Below, piece by piece: positions 59,806-64,000 of a stretch of DNA of 64,000 nucleotides; within the stretch, counting starts at the first letter, position 1; the number at the start of each line of letters is the position of its first letter. The position numbers and the translations under genes were made by a program. Source of the DNA: an uncultured Verrucomicrobiae bacterium (GTDB taxonomy: Bacteria; Verrucomicrobiota; Verrucomicrobiia; Chthoniobacterales; JAFAMB01). The notes under the pieces were generated by a model. It worked only from the letters and a program-made list of their open reading frames with translations, was not told the origin of the DNA and did no database searches. Location: positions 125,257 to 189,256 of the forward strand of contig CAVXLD010000009.1 in the NCBI GenBank assembly GCA_963762565.1. The letters run 5' to 3'.

Positions 59806-60639
59806 TCACAGCATAGCTAGCCGCGACTTGCCTCGCGGAGGAGGAAACAATGCCTCCAACTCGGCCCGGATCTCCTTCGGAATCTCAATATCCAGAGCTT
59901 TCCGATTCTCTATGACATGAGCTTCCGATGCTGCTTTAGGTATCACAATCACATCTTCCTGACGCAGAAGCCAAGCCAGGGCTAACTGAAATCGGTTTGC
60001 GTTCAGCCTGCGGGCGACGGAGTCCATCTTCGCGGGAAGCCGGCCCTGTTCCACGGGCGAGTACGCCATCGTCGGCATTTTCCGATCGCGACACCAAGGC
60101 AGAAGGTCCCATTCAATTCCTCGGCGGGTCAGGTTGTACAACACCTGATCGGTAAAAACCTCGCGCCCGCCTGGCACTGCCACAAGTTCTTCCATGTCGT
60201 CAGCATCGAAATTACTCACCCCAAACTCTCGTATCCTGCCTTGCTGCTTGAGCCGCAAAAAGCCTTCAACGGTTTCAGCTAAATGGACAGAGCCGCGCCA
60301 GTGAAGAAGATACAGATCAAGGCAATCAGTTTTCAATCGTCTGAGGCTTTGCTCGCAAGCCGTCACTACCCCACTTTTAGTCGCCCGATGCGGATAAACC
60401 TTGCTGACCAAGAAGATATCCTTTCGCCGCCCGGCAATTGCCTCACCAACCAACACTTCCGCTCTGCCCTCCCCGTACATCTCGGCGGTATCCACCAAGG
60501 TCATTCCGAGATCGAATCCGAGTTGTAAAGCCCGGAGCTCGGGTCGATGCCGATCCGATCGTTCCCCCATCCTCCAAGTCCCCTGTCCCAGTGGGGGCAC
60601 AGGCCTGCCATCGGGTAGCACTAGTTTTGTCGGCTTCAT
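59806..60639 (-). CDS. Aldo/keto reductase
   Basis: LGQGTW, DTAEMYG, LDLYLLHW, GVSNF, MAYSP, VIPKA. Confidence 0.93.
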   Translation of the reverse strand: MKPTKLVLPDGRPVPPLGQGTWRMGERSDRHRPELRALQLGFDLGMTLVDTAEMYGEGRAEVLVGEAIAGRRKDIFLVSKVYPHRATKSGVVTACEQSLRRLKTDCLDLYLLHWRGSVHLAETVEGFLRLKQQGRIREFGVSNFDADDMEELVAVPGGREVFTDQVLYNLTRRGIEWDLLPWCRDRKMPTMAYSPVEQGRLPAKMDSVARRLNANRFQLALAWLLRQEDVIVIPKAASEAHVIENRKALDIEIPKEIRAELEALFPPPRGKSRLAML

Positions 60640-60645
60640 TGCTGA

Positions 60646-60921
60646 GTGAGAGGTGAGAAGTGAGAAGTGAGAGGTGATTGGCGAGAGCTCAGGGGCGATT
60701 CGAGAGCGCTCCGGGCCTGCGAAGGTTTTGGCGACCGAGGGACCCTCAGAAAACGCTCAGATAACTCAGACATAGGTATCCCAATATACGAGGGGCAAAC
60801 ACAACACGCCTCCGGATTTGGATCGCACACTCCACACGGTGCATCTGCCATTCCGATAAAAGCTTGGCGGTGCCGCCGATCCCTGCCAATCACCTCTCAC
60901 CGCTCACTTCTCACCTCTCAC
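60646..60921. repeat. Inverted heptamer-repeat element (half copies near 24425, 42327, 51995 and 61666)
   Basis: (GTGAGAR)n-GTGATTGG ... CCAATCAC-(YTCTCAC)n. Confidence 0.82.
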
Positions 60922-60950
60922 TTTTTACTCGTTGCTCCTTTTGCTGATTC

Positions 60951-62948
60951 ATGGAAAATAGCGGCGCACGAGATCATCGAAAGAAAGACGCGATGCCCTT
61001 TCGTTCGCCGAAAGTCACTAAGCCTGAACGAGCCGCACCTTCGTCGTTAATTTCCGCGCCGGCTGTCGCTTGGCAGCCTGAAATCCAGGTGAGGAACGGA
61101 GCACCGCGTTTCGACCGACGCTTGTTCCGGGTCTTGCTACTGTGGGCAAGCCTAATCGCTCTGTTTTATATCGGGTCGTGTGGGTATCCTCGCCTGTTGG
61201 ACCAAATTGATGGTCAATACGCCGGCGCCGCCCGCGAAATGATCTCGCGAAACGATTGGCTTGTTCCAACCCAGAATGGCGTACCCCGGCTCAGAAAGCC
61301 GCCGCTGGTGTATTGGATGGAGATCCTCTCTTTTCGGAGCTTCGGCGAGAATGAATTCGCCGCTCGATTGCCGATTTGCATCGCGACGTTCGCCTGGTTC
61401 GTAGTGACCGCAGGCCTAGCCTACCAATGCACTCGAGACAAACTCACCAGCCTGGCCAGTCCTATTATCCTGGCGACCTTCTTTGGGACGTTTCAGTTTT
61501 CGCACCTGATAATGCCGGAATCGGTGTTCGGGTTTCTAATGACGCTCAGTTTTTGGCTCCTGGTTCGTTTGGCCCAAAAAGTCCCCGACACGCGCGCGGA
61601 CGGATCCTCCGGCAGCCACCAGACCCGCGATCTCTTAGACCATTTGGGTAGTGACACGCTCAAACCACCAATCACGAATCACAAATCACCAATCACCTTA
61701 GAGCTCACCCTGCTTTGGGTATCGATGGCGATAGCAGTGCTCTGCAAGGGAGCTCACGGTCTCCTGCTTCCACTTGGGGTTCTATTGATAGCATCCATTT
61801 TCAGGCCGGCGTTACGGTTGCTCTGCCGCCGCGTCATTTTCAACCCAACTGGCTGGCTGATCTTTATCGCCTTGGTGCTCCCTTGGTATTTGGCGGTAGA
61901 AAATCGCTACCCTGGTTTCATTCTGGACCAGTTCGGAAATGAGCAAGTTAATATGGTATTCGGCCGGCGATGGCCCGTGGATGGGGATCACTTGCCCCTG
62001 CTTAACTTTTGGCTCGAACAGTTTGCGGTTCTGTTCCCTTGGACCTTGTTGATTCCCGGCGCCGCAGTTACTTCTTTTCGGATCCTCAAGATCAACCCGC
62101 GCATCTCTGAAAACGCGTTGCTCCTGCTACTTTGGGTTGGCATTTACTCGGTCGCCATCACCTTTGCGAACCTCCAGGATTATTATCTTCTGATTTGCTT
62201 GCCGGTGATTGCCATTTGGCTGGCTTGGTCTCTGCGGCAGGGCCTTTCTCCCGCATTCTCCGCCTGGTTTCCTGGTGTCCTCCTGGTTGGGTTAGGCGCA
62301 GGCGGGACAATAGTGAGTGGCCTGCCGTTAGGTCCGCTGCTATCTCCCGGTCATGGGGGAAGCAGCGAAGAGCCAGCGATCAACAGCGTAGCCAGTGCGC
62401 TAGTCAATGTTGCCGGCGCCGCCAGCCGTACATTGAGCGATATCCTGCTGTTGTTCGGGATCGGCGCGATGGTCGCAGGTCTGCTAATAATTTGGTTCCG
62501 GCGCCACCCGCTGGCCCCGGTCATTTTCTTCCCGCCTTTTGTACTCTTGATCTGCCTGCTCGGACTGACCGCTGAAGTCGCTCTGCAAGATTATCTTTCT
62601 TCGGCTTCTATCGCGGCCGTGATCGAACGAAACTCAGACCCGAATACTTTGATCATAAGCAAAGGCGATATCAGCGACCGGACCAGTCTCTTTTTCTATC
62701 TCCATCGGCAGCTGCATTGGTTGGATGGCGATCCTCACCAGGAATACGCCACTCGCCGATACGGAGTTGAATCTGATCTTTACCTCGAGAAAGAGGATGT
62801 CGCGGCAGCTTGGCATAGCGCCCGCAAGGTCTGTATCATTGTTGATAACCAGTCGCTCAGCTCTATGGCTAAAGATCTTTGGGTGGATGCCAACTCGTTG
62901 CACCTATTAGCCACGACACCAACGGATACGGTGATCGTAAATTGGTAG
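60951..62948 (+). CDS. ArnT/PMT-like glycosyltransferase family 39 membrane protein
   Basis: YAGAAREMI...DWLVP..NG.PRL.KPPL.YW, FGENEFAARLP, multiple TM helices, LCKG, LPWY, FPWT. Confidence 0.88.
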   Translation: MENSGARDHRKKDAMPFRSPKVTKPERAAPSSLISAPAVAWQPEIQVRNGAPRFDRRLFRVLLLWASLIALFYIGSCGYPRLLDQIDGQYAGAAREMISRNDWLVPTQNGVPRLRKPPLVYWMEILSFRSFGENEFAARLPICIATFAWFVVTAGLAYQCTRDKLTSLASPIILATFFGTFQFSHLIMPESVFGFLMTLSFWLLVRLAQKVPDTRADGSSGSHQTRDLLDHLGSDTLKPPITNHKSPITLELTLLWVSMAIAVLCKGAHGLLLPLGVLLIASIFRPALRLLCRRVIFNPTGWLIFIALVLPWYLAVENRYPGFILDQFGNEQVNMVFGRRWPVDGDHLPLLNFWLEQFAVLFPWTLLIPGAAVTSFRILKINPRISENALLLLLWVGIYSVAITFANLQDYYLLICLPVIAIWLAWSLRQGLSPAFSAWFPGVLLVGLGAGGTIVSGLPLGPLLSPGHGGSSEEPAINSVASALVNVAGAASRTLSDILLLFGIGAMVAGLLIIWFRRHPLAPVIFFPPFVLLICLLGLTAEVALQDYLSSASIAAVIERNSDPNTLIISKGDISDRTSLFFYLHRQLHWLDGDPHQEYATRRYGVESDLYLEKEDVAAAWHSARKVCIIVDNQSLSSMAKDLWVDANSLHLLATTPTDTVIVNW

Positions 62949-62965
62949 GGCGAGGCGGACGATTT

Positions 62966-63218
62966 GGTAGGGCGAGGCTCCCGAACAACCGAATGGATTA
63001 CACAAGGCCGAGGACGTGCCGAACTCCTGAGAATATTGTGTCGAGAAGCGTGCCGAGCCGTGTCCCTGGTGTGCCCCACCGAATGAATCGTCGCAGGCTA
63101 AAACACGCTGGAACGCCGCACCCACGGCTCGGCAACCGTAAGGGTCAATACGTTTTATCCTTTGGGGCAGCACAGCTCTTGGCGAACGACATAGATTATT
63201 CCGGAGCCTCGCCCTACC
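62966..63218. repeat. Family B, copy 10 (expanded centre; extra half-arm at 62944)
   Basis: Terminal and central arms. Confidence 0.82.
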
Positions 63219-63223
63219 GGAGC

Positions 63224-64000
63224 TTGAACGCCTTACCCTTTATTATCAGTTGCATCTTCCTTTTCGCCCAATGCCTCCCCGCCTGGGGTCCGCTGGGCCA
63301 CTCCACGATCGCAGCCATCGCCGAAAAGCATCTTTCTCCCGCCGCACAATCCCACATAGCGAGATCTCTCGCCCAAGGTCACGACACCAACTTACCTTCA
63401 ATCGCAAATTGGGCCGATGATGTGCGCGCAGCAGCGTCAGGCCATGGCCCTTTAAGCGACGATGCTGAGGCTCGCGCCTTCAATGACAAGTTCCCCACCA
63501 ACGCGCTTTGGCATTTCGTCGATCTGCCCCTGGGAGCAGAGGATTACCGAGAGGTCGCTGCGTTTACCTCGGTGAACGATGTTGTTCACGCCATCAAACG
63601 TTGCGTCGCAGTGCTGGAAAGAGCGAATAGCTCTGCGGACGATTTCACAAAACCACAAGCTCTCCGTCTCTTGGTTCATCTCGTTGGCGATATCCATCAG
63701 CCATTGCACTGCGGAACCGGCTTTTACGATCTTTCTGATCTCAGTCATCCCGATTCTTATTACCGATCCGCGACTCTGCAGCGGTAAGCCAAACGACCGG
63801 GGCGGTAACGATCTTTTCTTCGGCACTGATCCAACTCAAGAACTTCATGCCCTGTGGGATCGAAGCTTGGTTTATCGCGATTCGCAATTCGCCGGACTAC
63901 CGTTCGTTGGCGGACTGGCTTGATTCTACTCGGTTCGTTAGGCCCGACCGCGGGTGACTACCATACTTGGGCTGAACAATGGGCCATCGATTCAGTACAA
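63224..64000 (+). pseudogene. S1/P1 nuclease, 3'-truncated by the window and carrying several frameshifts (likely sequence errors)
   Basis: Signal peptide then WGPLGH, ANWADDVR, WHFVDLP, LVHLVGDIHQPLH; DRGGN, LHALWD and WAEQWA continue in shifted frames; start uncertain. Confidence 0.8.

Noticed and set aside
14448..63218. Conserved arms alternating with variable segments read as a CRISPR array
   Set aside because: Arms are inverted, dispersed and only four per locus; variable segments are related between copies; no cas genes are present.

Overview
Bacterial chromosomal window, probably from a soil Verrucomicrobiota (Spartobacteria/Chthoniobacterales-like) genome; the taxonomy is inferred from gene content and repeat style, not proven. 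Positions ~12-64 kb are mostly housekeeping genes (larC, tal, carA, infA, mutL, pfkA, nadE, ispA, rplU-rpmA, trmL, ilvE, mcsA-mcsB-clpC, folP-cdaA-glmM, bioD, chdC, larE). The first ~11.8 kb is an accessory island that looks like an undescribed peptide-modification (RiPP-like) locus. It carries the 3' part of a class II lanthipeptide synthetase with a ProcM-type CCG zinc site, a tandem GNAT, a JmjC hydroxylase preceded by a short candidate peptide gene, a long PIMT-like methyltransferase with the RiPP-associated WxxxGxP motif, three secreted DUF3060 paralogues and two divergent oligoendopeptidase F paralogues. The second striking feature is a dense set of ~120-370 bp palindromic intergenic elements of several REP/REPIN-like families. 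They have long variable loop inserts, nest inside each other, supply stop codons and appear once inside a coding sequence. Smaller novelties are a HAD-FolB fusion, an unannotated mini-CdaR peptide, a second diadenylate cyclase coupled to a YcaQ glycosylase, and a candidate structured RNA. Several single-base frameshifts suggest indel errors in the assembly. No rRNA, tRNA, CRISPR array or transposase gene was found.
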